Assembly (NCBI GenBank): GCA_002633005.1 | Contig: NMRA01000661.1 | Location: 62,001 to 125,803, forward strand | From: Phoronis australis | Lineage: Eukaryota; Animalia; Phoronida | Direction of reading: 5' to 3' | Length of the DNA: 63,803 nucleotides | Shown: piece by piece, positions 49,376-62,077 of the stretch | How the letters are laid out: the number at the start of each line of letters is the position of its first letter | Numbering within the stretch: the stretch's first letter is position 1 | Notes under the pieces: model-generated | Seen by the model: the letters and a program-made list of their open reading frames with translations, nothing else | The model's database searches: none | What the model was told of the DNA's origin: nothing | Translations under genes and position numbers: made by a program

Positions 49376-52261
49376 ATAGTTTTATCAACATCATACACTG
49401 ACTGCAAATGTTGCTTATGACAGTTATGTAACATAATTTTATGTAATAACTATTTGATAACTGACAAAGGTTATCGATCATAATAAACAGTTCATAGATC
49501 TATTACAAATGAGTGTCAAAACAACCAAACACTGTGAAACTCTAGTTTGATGAAGACTAGTCAGTAGGTAGACAGCAAAACTGGGGTCAAAAATAAAGAG
49601 CTAGACAGTGACGTGAGTAAAAAGTTGGCAATTTAACAGATGAGCGATTTGCCATTCCACTCAAACTCCATTTGAAGTAGTCTCACAATGAAAAGTACAT
49701 CAAATGTAGCTCACAACATCCTAAGTAACATTTTTCATTGATATTTAGATGATACCTACATTGTCCATTATCTATTTAAAAAAATCAAAGGAACATCATC
49801 TCTTACGTCACACTCCCACAAAAAAAAGTCCAAAGTCGATTTCAATGGACAGCCCTCATGACTCACGGACACGCCATCTGCTCAAATTTTTGTTTTGCTA
49901 AAGTGACATCTTTTGGCAAATGATGACAACTAAATGCCCTGGAAGCAAAAGTTCATAAGAATTTTGATTTGCTAAATAACACAGTGCAACCACTTTTTGA
50001 AACTTGTTAATGTAAACTTTGCGAACTCATGAAAAAAGATCAGCAAATTAAGGAATTCTTGGTAAAAACAACAGCTGACCAACAGATTGCATTCCATTTC
50101 AAGGCACTCAAAGTTGATACCCTGATCGCTCCACAGACATAAAAGTAAAAATTATATAGACTAAGGGCATGACTTTCTTACCAGTAACCCCATTAGTCTA
50201 CCTATGGAAGATTGTTTTATTTAATAAGTTCAAGATACTTTGTGTAATACTATTTTACTCATTTTTGTACACAGCACCAACGTCAATCAGCAGGATGCAT
50301 AAACTATAATTACAGAGCTACTTTAATACGTGCATATTGCCTTTGTGCACAAACCTTGACCCTGGTTAATTTGTAGAGTAGAGTTTTCTGAGTTTTCATT
50401 CATCAGGTTAGTTAGTAATGAGAAACTGTGACTGTCTGTGCGAATAGAAAAACACTGATTATTCAGCCACCAGCACAGGTGGTCAATATGTAAATCCATG
50501 CTTGTACTACCACCATACCGTAAATTGTGGTAGTATAGGGGTGGATTAACATAGACTTCAAGCACTAAGTGACACTGGTAGCCATTGACAGCTAGACATA
50601 GCCATTATAGTAGATCTGTCAATAATTATTGCCAGACACCATGGAGAAGGTGGCGATCCCTTGGAACATAAGGTCGCTTACATTTTGCAAATCAATGTGC
50701 AGTTGTGATGCTCAACTGAGCCAAAACACAGTACCGAGTGCTGTAGAACACTGGCAAAGTGGAGTGATGAAAGAAGTAACGAGTTAGCAGAAATATTGAT
50801 TACCTCTGTCAAGAAGTTAATGCCGTGACTTGATAAATGATGTCAATTGTAAAGCAAATTAGTTGAAAAACCTAAAGACCAAGAGTTTTTACTTGAACAA
50901 GCCATTCGGAAATTACAAAACCTAACGGTTCATAAAAATGAAATCTGGAAAGTGACCTTAACTTCTTCCTCTGTAATACCATGGACAAAATCATCCCAGG
51001 AGCGAGGTGTTCTGTTCATGGCAGATGTGCCAAGGTACACTTGGCTCAGATTAATCACCTATGCATTCATTGTGCCATGAACAAAATAATGCTCCATTGA
51101 AGTGGTGCATTTTATATAAATCAATGTCAGTTAAACAAGTTATTCTGTATATTTTGTTTTTTTTTTCTATTTCTTAAGTTTTGTTATGGTTAGATAAACG
51201 ACACAAGTAGCCTTACGCGCCAGTGAAAGAATTAAGAAAACAATGGAGATTGGTCGTCGACAGTGAAAAAAAGACTACGGACTCATTTTCTGGAACTTAG
51301 AATCTGTCAAGACAAATTTTATCTAATGGAGATTGAAAATTCTTGTTAAGTACACGTGAACAGACAGGGCACTGATCGGATACAGCGGTTCCCGATTCAG
51401 AGAACCAGGCAATCACTGAATAACGGATGAAACTGGTTCTCTAAATCAAGGACCAGTACCGACAACAGGCAGAATGGGCCAGTAAGCCGCGGTACATGCA
51501 TGTCTGTGCGCTATACCGAGTACCGTCCTTTGCTTTCAAAGAAATGTCTGAAGGGTTACTAGTACGTGCTTGAAGGGTTCCTCGGTGTTGCGTAACAGTA
51601 GGAATAAACAAAAATAACGAGCGGCTGATTACCAGTGATTAAATAACGGTGCCTGTGCTTCGATGGGTTGGGCTCTTAACCACGGCACACTACACTGCCT
51701 GGTTAACAAATGAATAACATAATCTGTCGATTGTGTAACAGAAAGTATTTCCAGAAGCGGAAAAAAGAGGGAATCCAGAAAATACTAATATCAAGTGGAT
51801 ACAATTTTGAAGACGGATTATTCAACAATAACCAGAACAATAACCGCAATACCTGGCGTAAAACGATCTTCACAAATACAAGACTTACGAAACATATGCC
51901 GTTCAACTCCATACATATGCGGATTACAGGGTCAAGGTCATAAGTTCCTACAAGCGCTTTCTGTTTTGCCCATAAGACGTCGCTGAGGCCAATTTCCATA
52001 GGACAACGATCAGGCGGTAAGGTATGACCGCAGCACTGCGGCGCAGTACTACTAACTAGCCATCGGTACAATACGACGTTATTGTTTTCATACCTACATG
52101 AAGACAAAATGTTACAATAAATTTCTCGCGTAAAGTTTCTTTTGCAATCAATAAAATGCTTAGACAATAATGTCACTGACAATTTGCACTGAGGCCGGCC
52201 TCCGATCAGCGGCCGCACGGCTCACGGTGGTTGGCCCGGCCGGGCCGACTCGGAAACTTAC

Positions 52262-52450
52262 CGTGCAGTGTCTCCTGTCAGTGCTGGAAATCGTCGAGTC
52301 CATTCGACTTCAGCCAGTCATCTTTCAGTAATACGTGTCTTGTTTATTAGCCAGAGTCCTGTGAGTGTGGCCGGTTGACTGCTTTCAGTGCCAAGTGCTG
52401 GTCAGTATAACGGCAATGCTCGCTGCCGGCCCAACGTGATGCGGCAATTT
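52262..52450 (-). promoter_or_regulatory. GPR155: Probable non-coding first exon and CpG-rich promoter of GPR155
   Basis: Strong donor cacg|gtaagt at 52260-52261 within a local GC/CpG-rich island (GGCCGGCC, GCGGCCGC at about 52190-52250); 5' boundary approximate. Confidence 0.5.
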
Positions 52451-52472
52451 GCGGCGGGTACATGAAATTTGT

Positions 52473-52540
52473 CATGGGCGGCGCACCATAAGGGGCTGGG
52501 GAGGCTATAGCCCCCACTTTTTNTGCTGCGCCGCGCCCAT
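52473..52540. mobile_element. Tiny hAT-like MITE remnant
   Basis: ATGGGCGGCGCA / TGCGCCGCGCCCAT inverted ends with an internal GGGGCTGGGGAGGCTATAGCCCCC motif. Confidence 0.5.
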
Positions 52541-54287
52541 TGTCTCGTCTCACCCGGCCACTGTCTGCTTGTTTACTCCCAACGTACCGTTTATGTTCAC
52601 AGGATTAGCAGCAATGCCATTCAAAATAAGGCTGAGGCTACTGCAGCAGACGGTTGCTACAGTTTCCTACTTTGAGGCCGGGGTTAAGGACAATATCAGT
52701 GAAGTAATGGTTCCAAGAGATTTCAAGCGCTCAGCTGTTGAATTATCATAATTAACACGTTACGTCGCAACTCAGTTGAATTGTGACATATCGGAAAATG
52801 CACGTTATGAAGAATCCAAGTATTTTTGTTTGATCTATTGCAAGTAGTCGTGATTAATCTTTGGGCTAGAGTAGTGTTCCCAGATTCCATTTACATATAC
52901 ATGTATGTCTGGGCTGGCGATCCGCACTTTCTGACTAGTTTGCGGAGGCCATTCCAAAGCCTTCAAACACTTGTGAGTGCAACTGTATTTATAAATATAA
53001 CATGAAAATAGTTACGAACTACCAGGCAGCCCGGCCATGGCATGGCTAACAGAAACCATCTATCGAATTTTCCTGTTTTATAGTACGCACAAGCACTCGC
53101 CCTTGCTTTGCAAGGTAAAGAAAATATCTGTGTACTTCTCTTCGTAAATTCTCGTTTCTGTAATACTCGTGACATTTCGCCGCCTTTTAGATGTCAATGT
53201 TGAATTTTTAACCGACAAGCGCTCACGCTTACGAATGAAAACAAATGTCGAGAATCAACCAAAGCTGAGTAATTTATTTGTTTTTCCATTTAAAATTCAC
53301 AGGATTGTTTATGATAATTCATAAGAAATAGACGTACGGACAATATTAGCAAAGATCTCTTAGATTGCCGCATCAGTAAAGGCAACGTTGACAAAATAAT
53401 CAAATTGCCCCCCATTTGGTGTTACTTTAACTGTTTTCTGCACATATTTAGCCTCGGGATATTGACGAAATTTTCAAAAGGGTTTTCCCATGTCCTAAAC
53501 CTGAGACTCGTGTATGATTTGCTTTCTGACATAAAGCGTAAAAAAGATCTTTTTGCTGGACAACTCGACGTGTCTAAAACTTTCAACCACACGTCGCAAC
53601 TTTTGTAAAAACACGCTTGCGCAATGTAAAGTAATTCAGTTACTTTTTGTTAATAGGTTAAGCATAACAATTGTAAATTGCATTGAGCTTTCGTAGCAAA
53701 TATTGAAGTTAGAATGTAATAAATAGTCTTTGAAGGTATAATATTAAAACTTAAAAAATACTTATAAATACGCCAACAAGGCTTCCCCGCGCGTGAGCAC
53801 TGAATTGACCTTCACACAGCACAGCTAGATAGTCTCGCGGCGTTTCTCGAGTTGCGGCTCGTCTCCGTTTGAATGAACGTGGATATGGAATTCGCCGCCG
53901 AAGATGGGTCCGTTTAAGAAGTCGTTTGCTTGTTCTTCCAACAGGGAGTACGTACAGTTGCGACACCCGATTTGCCAGTCATAATCTTGTCACCTCAGAA
54001 TTCCGGCATTCTTAGTGTTGGCGCGCGTTTCGTTGTTTTAGTGCTTTGCAGACGATAAAATGTAAGGCGTATACATTTCTACAACATTGCACTACTTTGT
54101 GATTTGCCCATTTGCCATGATGATCAACAACGTGAATATATGAAAGGTGTTTCAGACTTCATTAACGTTACAAGCAATTCTCAATACGTATATTATTGAA
54201 ATATTTAATCACTGTAATTTACCAAAAATAAGAAATTAAGTTAGAAAGGGATACAAGATAAAAGTCCAATAATCTAGTAAGTGTTAA

Positions 54288-55932
54288 AGGAGCATGCGAC
54301 CCAAAAAACAACCTAATTTGTATCAATTTAGATCGAGTAGTTCTACTCCATAACGACACGTACGGTTGCGTTGCCTGACAGGAGGTGTTGAAATTATCCA
54401 ATGACGTCATCGGTTTCACACGCAGTCTGTTCAGCAGTTCACAACACGGGTTGCTGGTGTCAGCTTATCGCTTGAAGTGATCGCTTAGCACCAATAAATC
54501 ATCAAACTTCGATGTAAAACCCTTAAAAATAGACCGAGTTTTATAAAAACATGTTGTTTTATTTCGCTCTTACGGATTTATTGGTATTTAGACACACCGT
54601 AGCCTACAAAGTTCGGACGTAGGCCCGGCAATAAGGTCCGTAGCAGGAGTTTGGGGGTCTGTTCGGAGATAATTTCGAAGTATTTTCCATGAGATGCAGA
54701 CAGGAGAACCTAAATCTGTGTTGCTTAGACTTGTGATTTTTTATTTCTAAACACAAAACGCTTGTTATCCCGGCCAGTGGCTCGAAGCCCGATCAGGCCC
54801 GTCGCGGCCGCCGGGGGTGGCTTGGAAACTGATCAGACATCACGAACATAAACCAGTCAAAGTTAAGTGGAAACTAAACTTCCAGTCAAGAAGATACTAT
54901 ACTAGTGAGCCAAAGTAGTGTGCACCTGATTATGCTGGTGAATTAGCCACGAAACTGCAAATCTACTTACTCGTCGGGGGCCGCGCCAATTCAGTTCCGT
55001 TTTGGCCACAGCACCGTCAGGGCAGAAGTTGTATGTTGACAATCATTATTTGAGTAATGTAAAAGGAAATAAAGATTCCCCTAACACCTGGTCGTGGGAT
55101 GGAAATCGAGTTGTTTCACAACAGTTTCACTGTCAGCAAACACTAAACTGGCACGAGCTCACACGGCCTCAGTGTCCCGTCATTGCACCTAAAGCCGGTA
55201 ACGCAGTGATTTATTCATTGCTGGCTTCTCAAATCATTTGCACTCACTCACGAACACTCCAAAGGCATTACAAATTGCATCTAATGAGACAGGCTTTGTT
55301 TCAGTTTTATATAAGTATTGGTTAGGGTGAGAATAATTCATTTTGAAACAGAACGCTCAGTAATAAACGTGAACATGGCAACTCGCAATCACGACTTAAG
55401 ACGAGCTAGAGCTCATCAGTCCCGACTTCGCAGTTGCATCGTTAAGTTTTGCAGACTATCAATTCGACCAAGAATATAGTGATGAAGAAATGCTAGAGAG
55501 GCGCCATGAACAAGCTCAGACAACGGAACGTCACGTTATTTGATAAGTCGGCATTCGTCAGGCACTGTCGACGTCTGCAGGCCACAGACACGGAGATGTT
55601 TCACGGCCTCATACTTGCTATCTACAGCGTACATTTCATTCTTCACTACCATGAGCCACTTCCTAAGCATTTCAGACTTTCGAGGAAGTAAAAAAACGAT
55701 ATACCCGCTTTCCTCGCAGCTGCTTAGTTCGGACAAGCGGGAACGATGCACCGCAACATAGCGGCATTTACTCTGCATATGAACCACTGACGTCGCTAGC
55801 GTCGTTTCTCACCTTCCTCACAGGTGAACGCGGCACCTCTTGGCAAGGTAAGGTTGACCGTATGCGAGGCGATGAGGATATAGACCGATTAAGACGGCAA
55901 AAAAGACTAATTAAATCGGGTGGCATTCTCCT
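54288..55932. mobile_element. Internally deleted Kolobok DNA transposon
   Basis: TTAA TSDs (54284-54287, 55933-55936); TIRs AGGAGCATGCGACCC / GGGTGGCATTCTCCT; THAP-like remnant on - and acidic YQFDQEYSDEE remnant on +. Confidence 0.8.
55536..55787 (-). pseudogene. Degenerate THAP zinc-finger N-terminus of the Kolobok transposase
   Basis: ..C..SGYIVFLLPRKSEMLRKWLMVVK...KHLRVCGL follows the THAP F.(F)P...R..W...RVC pattern; the His is lost and the ORF is truncated. Confidence 0.65.
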
Positions 55933-56524
55933 TTAACCAATATTCAAGTTTTGGCCTTTTATGTGTCTTAATGGTCACGGATTAACCCAAATCTTGCTCC
56001 GTACCATTTATATTTTCAAGGGACTCACCAAATTGTTTCAAAATCGTTACTATTGATTATAAATTACTTTTTACTTACGTGTGGGCCGCAAGAGGGCAGT
56101 GCGCGGTTGGGTGTAATAGTCCGAAATAGGGACTCAAATACGTTCTCTATATCTTTGATTATAAACCGCTCTTTGACTAATGACATTTTCTGTTATACCT
56201 GTATTATATCTAAAATCTGAACCCTTGGTTCATTGAGAACGAATAGGAATGTTGTCCTTACATTGAGGGCATTGCACAAAAAGATCCATTCTTCTTTTCA
56301 ATAATACTGATGAGAATTCATTTTTATTAAAGCGAAAAAAATGACTTACACGTACATGTAGTAACAAGAAAGCACAGGATAGGATAATCACTAGTCCATA
56401 AAAGATACGCAGTAGATTTAGATAATTTAGTTTTGTGAAACCGTGCACTGAGGAATAAATTTTTATCAGACGAGGGGCCAGTTTTTGACGAAGTTGAATA
56501 TGTCTGTTCATTTGATATCTTACG

Positions 56525-56609
56525 TACGGAAGCCCAGTAGTGCGGAAGCCCAATAATGTCATTTTGAAGTGAAGAAAATATTTCATTATGGCACTATTGG
56601 GCTTCCGTA
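56525..56609. mobile_element. Small TA-flanked MITE remnant
   Basis: TACGGAAGCCCAGTAGTGC / GCACTATTGGGCTTCCGTA inverted repeat (1 mismatch), plus a tandem partial copy of the left TIR. Confidence 0.7.
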
Positions 56610-57954
56610 TAATTCTATACGTGTTGTAAACAAAATATCACCATGTTTCTCATTACTCTTGGCAGTTGCATCATCTCGAAAACCTAAATTCATCACTTGT
56701 TTAGTATAAATATTAAACGAGATAATTTCCCATTCTACCACTAGCTGACGGTGTGAGCTTTTAAAAAGCTTACTTTTGTTGCTATTGTGACCTATTTTGC
56801 TCGTTAAACGTTAATACAGATATATGTTTAGTCTGTTTGTTCAAATGTGTTTGTTAAAATGCCTAGCGCGATATTTTGATCAGTAATGAAAAATTGTAAA
56901 CGAACTTTAAATTTCAACATTAATCATTTTTCACGAAATTCATAAGCAAATTACACGAAAATATGCAACTTTAAATGCGGAAAATTCTTGTCTTTGACAA
57001 GTACACCTATCAACGTTGTGCGGATAATGTCACATAGAAATTGCTAGGTGAGAAAACAGACGAATCCTTGTTTTAAAGATACTCTTTCAGTATCAGAAGG
57101 ATTTCATCGCACCATAAATTATAGACAATGGAGTCTGATTCGCAACTCCGACATTAACTTCTTGGGTGGGCCTACTATCCTAGAGGCGGCGTCACTCTCC
57201 TAAATTACCAATTCCAGTTTCCGGTTAGTTTATTGTGAGGGGAAATTCTCGCATCTATTTTACTGTCGAGTACAACGAAAAAAAAATCGACATTGAAACG
57301 TTGTTCAAAGTCTTCCAATAATAAAGCTGCTGGTATCGTGAGTACTTTTGGCACCCGACCACACAACACCCGAACATGAGCAGAAGACGTACTTGTCGGA
57401 AGTAAAATTTGCCAGGTGTCGCTAGTGAATAATGAAGTCACGGCTTATTCGTAAGATCACAGATTTCGTCCTTTAAAAATATACGGAGTTGACGGTCCAT
57501 GTTGTACTATAATCTATGGTGGCACATTAGTTTAGTCGAAACTTAAGCCCAAACATAGAGAATCCTACACGAGTCTCAGGTTTATGATATGGGCAAAACC
57601 TCTACAAACTATGCCCCCCACCCCATTTGGCAAAATGGGCAAAAGGGTGCGCCTCAGAGAAACAACAAGCCCGAGAAAACGAGACAAAAGTCCACTAAAA
57701 AGGCGCGAATACACAATTCATAGCTCTGAACGTCAGTGATACCCCTTCTTAGCCCCTCCCCCCGTTTTTGTTAGTATAAAAGGTCCACATAGACAAAATT
57801 TCGAGCCCCCTTCATTAGGCTGGGTGCGCGCATGCGCACAGGGCTGAAATTTACGAAATGTTTTTAGTGATATCCTTTGACAGTGGAAACCCATTGTGTG
57901 TAAAGGAAAGAGTATCTCTAAATCTCTTACACAGTTTATATGACCTGCTGACTA

Positions 57955-59725
57955 ATACATGACAGCGGTTTGGTCGTTCAGACGTGAGGGGTTCTGAACG
58001 GGGGTGCAATTACATCTGGCTCCTTTGTTAACTGTCGAGCACAGTCTTTTGTCCTGTATGAGTACAAGCAGGCCTATTACATGTATCTCCCAGGCTTCAA
58101 AGGGTTACTGAAACCTGCATAGCAGAATGGATTGTCTTAACTTGTGTTGTAGTTGGGCAATTTTGGTGATTCAAAAACTAAACATGACCAGCATTTGACA
58201 AGGAATTCAGAAATGCTATTGGTTTATGTTAAAAAATGTTATAACTAAACTTTCATTTCATGCTATGAACATTCCCACTAAATAAAATTGGTTCTAACCC
58301 CGGTGTTTAAGGTAAACGGCGGGGTATGGAAAATTGAACTAGACCGTATTTATCCACCTTGGCTGAGACGCGCTCGGCTCATGCTCAAAGGGATGCCGCC
58401 AAGCTGCTCTATTCATCGAGTCACGAGCGAGGATAATTGACTTCGCTCATGCGGATATGATCAGCTGATTACAGTCTAGCCTAACAACTGTACTTTTTAT
58501 GGAGAGAATTTTACGTAGTTTTTACTGTAATATTTGAAAAGAGGAGCGAAAACAAATACGAATACAACTTTGAATTTTTCAAATCGGCCCAGGATAAGAG
58601 ATTTTGCAACACAGAAACACTCACGATTACTTTCATTCGGCGCGCACGAATACAAAAATATAGGACCCANCACCTACCTTAATCAGTCGTGTAAGATATT
58701 GGCTACAGGGGTGATCTTCGCAACTTGTTGTTGGGCTATAGAATCGAACAAGTTGGGAGCAATGGGAAAACGCCGTAATGAACATAGAACTCTTGCCCTA
58801 GTTGCCAAAAAGTTGACCCTGCAATGTTGTTTACCGTGAAGTTTTCTTTTGGAAATTAATTATATGTGGTAAGGAGAATAAAATTAACTTGGTTGCACTT
58901 CATGCAACCTTGAGCATTTCTTATACTTCATGATGGCGGCTTCTGCCCTCTTAAATTTCGCCTAATTTCCACACTCTGAACATGATACCTTGTAGGATCC
59001 TGTAATTTATGGTTTGGGACGGACATGTCATTTCTGATATTATTTTATGGATGCAAGGTCAAAGTCAAGGTCAAATGAGAGGTCAAAGGTCACGTTCAAT
59101 TGAAACAAGGAAAATTCATCTCTTTTGGCCGACGAAATTTTAATTTATGGGAAATGTGGAATTATCATTTCTGTGATACCATTATATCAAGAATAAGGGA
59201 TAGCTAAATACTGGAATAAGATACATGACGGCGCTCTGTCGTTCAGAAACTTTTCCAGACGTCAGGGGTTCTGAACGTGCGATAACATCTGGCTCCTTTG
59301 GTAACTGCCCAGCACAGTGTTTTAGCCTGTATTACAATAAGCAGACCAATTATCTCCCGGGCTTCAAAGGATTACTGAACCCTGGCAAAATGGATGGTCT
59401 TAACTTCTGTTGTAGTTGGGCGATTTTGTTGATTCAAAAACTAAACATGATCAACATTTGACAAGGAATTCAAAAACACTATTGGTTTATGTTTAAATAT
59501 GTTATAACTTAATTTTCATTTTAGCAGCACATCCTTGTTAGGCTAGACACGATCTGATCGGAGATTAGAGCAATTATCGAACAAAAGAGAGCCGGCCCAT
59601 CAGCCCTAAATGCCAGAATGGAGTTAATCAGTCGTGTATGATATGGGCTACAGGGGTTATTCTCCCAACTTGTTGTTGGGCTATAGAATCGAACAAGTTG
59701 GGAGCAACGGGAAAACGCCGTAATG
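57955..59725 (+). repeat. Local duplication: 57955-58260 matches 59222-59520, and 58702-58780 matches 59647-59725
   Basis: Shared GGGGTTCTGAACG..ACATCTGGCTCCTTTG..GGCTTCAAAGG..GATTCAAAAACTAAACATGA..TTTCATTT and CAACTTGTTGTTGGGCTATAGAATCGAACAAGTTGGGAGCAA blocks in the same order. Confidence 0.85.
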
Positions 59726-61028
59726 TATCCTACCAACATCTCAATAACTAGTTTAAAATATTGTTGTACCAAACCTACGCCTGCCGCTCAGGAAGGCCCA
59801 TCGCACCTTGGACCATCTTTATGCCGGCTTTATTAGTTGAAACAGAGCTGAAGAACTAGGGACGTACATGTCTCAAGCGACCAGCAGTGTGCCCCGTGTG
59901 ACTCGAACACAGCCTTGAGTAGAGGAAGGCTACTATTACTAAGCCACACTACCTCCTAGTGAATAGGGGTACGGCAGGGTATGTGTATACATTATGCGCA
60001 ATCCGTGCAGGTTACATGTAGACTATAAGATGGGCACTATATTAGTCCAGGGAAAACTCCTAAACTATGACTTCTGCAACTTACTATAAAGTAAATTTCC
60101 CGATTTTGAGAAGCCGCCTAGCTTCTTCTACTGGGCATTTATGACTCACTAGTTCCCGAGAAGATTTCCGGCACTTGTTCAGGTCAAATCTCTGAAATGT
60201 AACAGCTCAATTGGCACTAAGACCCTCGAGGCTGCCAAGTCCATTCAAAAGACTTAAATGCGCAACTAAATTTGATCCGTTCATCATGGACTACTTCAAA
60301 CCTTGGCGGTGTATACCAGGACCTGTTTGCATTTCTTGCAATTTTGGAACTAAACGTCCCAATGTCTGAACACTTGAATCCCGAAGTATTAGCATCAAAT
60401 AAATGCCCATGGGCATGAACGTTTCATCGGGTGGATCTTTTTGCGAAAATTTCCAGTATAGAAGACGGCAGTGTGCTTATTGCAGGTAGAAAGACGGTAG
60501 CTGTTGAGATGGGAACTAGGGCTCCTTAGGAGGCCTATTGAACATTGCACGAGTCCCGCAAGACTTTGTTGTGAAAGAACAGCATCCCCGCAATTTCTGC
60601 TACTACATGTATATACTGTTCGCGAATGCGGTCACTTTGTCAATGTGAGTACCCCCTTGGTCATTCCTTGTATAGACATAACTTGTTAGAGTGTATCTTC
60701 AAACGGACTCGCGACCAGACCACGGCGCCCGCCACAATAGCATTTCTTCGGAAAAAGAATTTTTTTCAAAAATATTACATGTACATGTACGCTGTATGAT
60801 ATTGCGCAAGACAACTTCACTATAAGCTATACGTCAGTCAAATTCGAGTTACAAACGTTTGGAGTGTAATAGAATGACACGGCATGACAGATGAGGTAAA
60901 AACGTTGCACGTCAATTCGCCTGAATATCAGGGTTGCGGCACCACAGTATTTCCCCTAATCAAATCAAAACATATCATAGAGTAAAGAAGCTAGTTACCT
61001 AAAGAAATCAGATGTAGAACTGCTCTTA

Positions 61029-61319
61029 CAGCGGTGGATCCGTCTAAAATGCTTGGCTACTTCAGAAGTGTCGACGGAAGCGCGCGCACAATTGATCTCC
61101 GCGCGTTTTGCCAATGAGCCACGAAGACTCACCAAATTCACAATGCAAAAATTGTATTTTCAGAGTGAACCTCCCACCCTAAATTTGGTTCACTTGGGGT
61201 TTACACACGCTGGCAGTGCCGTTTTTGTTTTGCTGGAGACGTTTTTCTTTTTTTTTATTTTTGGGTCCTGGCCCAAGGGGGGGTTAAACCCCCTGAACCC
61301 CCCCGTAGATCCGCCACTG
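61029..61319. mobile_element. hAT-like MITE
   Basis: CAGCGGTGGATC ... GGGGGGTTAAACCCCCTGAACCCCCCCGTAGATCCGCCACTG. Confidence 0.6.
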
Positions 61320-61734
61320 GAATGTGTCAATAATTAACCACAGAGACGTAGAAAAATATATTAGAGAACAAGTCAATACACCAAAGAGTTGTCTGACGAA
61401 AGGGTATAAGTATTTTTCGGAAAGAAGGTTCGAAACATGAAAAGTAAATATGACCAAATTGCGGCGATCGCAGGTGTTATGGATTAGGTATAATGCTGAA
61501 TGCAGGGCTACGTTTCTTCATGTAAATTGTTGATAAAAATATGCTTTCTACACGAACCAGGTCATCTTCTCGTATTTTGCTGTCACGTGTAATTAGTCAC
61601 ATCTCGTTTAATTTGTTGATAATATTAACAATCAAGCATAGCCTCGTGAGGTAGGCGGGGAAACCGGGACTAACAGTTGTTCTACGGAGCTAACGAATAA
61701 AAGCTTCTCAGACAAGCACGACCCAACTTAGTAG

Positions 61735-61930
61735 ATGGAAATGAGCTCGAAGGGCAAGTTCGTTTACACCATAGACTCCGAGGGAAACGGTGGCAAGCTC
61801 TATGAACGAGATGGAATGACATTGCACGTATTTCGCGACACCGTGGAGGAGTGTGATAAACTGTTTGACGACATTAAAGATTTTAAACCACGTCGAGATG
61901 ACGTATGGCTGTGCGCCTTCGTAAAGTCAG
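61735..61930 (+). CDS. Cytosolic sulfotransferase (SULT1-like), first coding exon; the rest probably lies beyond the window
   Basis: ...FDDIKDFKPRRDDVWLCAFVKSG|gtaagc matches the SULT 'F..R.DD+.+.TYPKSG(T)' 5'-PSB region, with an intron after KSG; no next exon recognised in the window. Confidence 0.8.
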
Positions 61931-61944
61931 GTAAGCTTGTGTGC

Positions 61945-62077
61945 CAGAGGCGGGTCCAGGATTTTTAGTTTGGAAGGCTGGGCAGAGTATTAGCCAGAAT
62001 TTTGCTCGTCAAACATGGAATTCGGGTGTTTTAGGGGGGGCATGTCCTCCTTGGCCCCCCTCTAAATCGGCCATTGG
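61945..62077. mobile_element. hAT-like MITE related to 3670-4894, 14 bp after the SULT donor site
   Basis: CAGAGGCGGGTCCAGGATTTTTAGTTTGG ... GGCCCCCCTCTAAATCGGCCATTG. Confidence 0.6.

Larger units (their letters stand above)
53481..57600. mobile_element. About 4.1-kb TIR-bounded non-autonomous element carrying nested insertions
   Basis: About 40-bp imperfect inverted termini GGTTTTCCCATGTCCTAAACCTGAGACTCGTGTATGATT (53481) / AATCCTACACGAGTCTCAGGTTTATGATATGGGCAAAACC (ends 57600); no clean TSD. Confidence 0.55.

Noticed and set aside
51703-52218. 171-aa minus-strand ORF
   Set aside because: No recognisable domain, non-ATG start, and it lies in the probable first intron of GPR155
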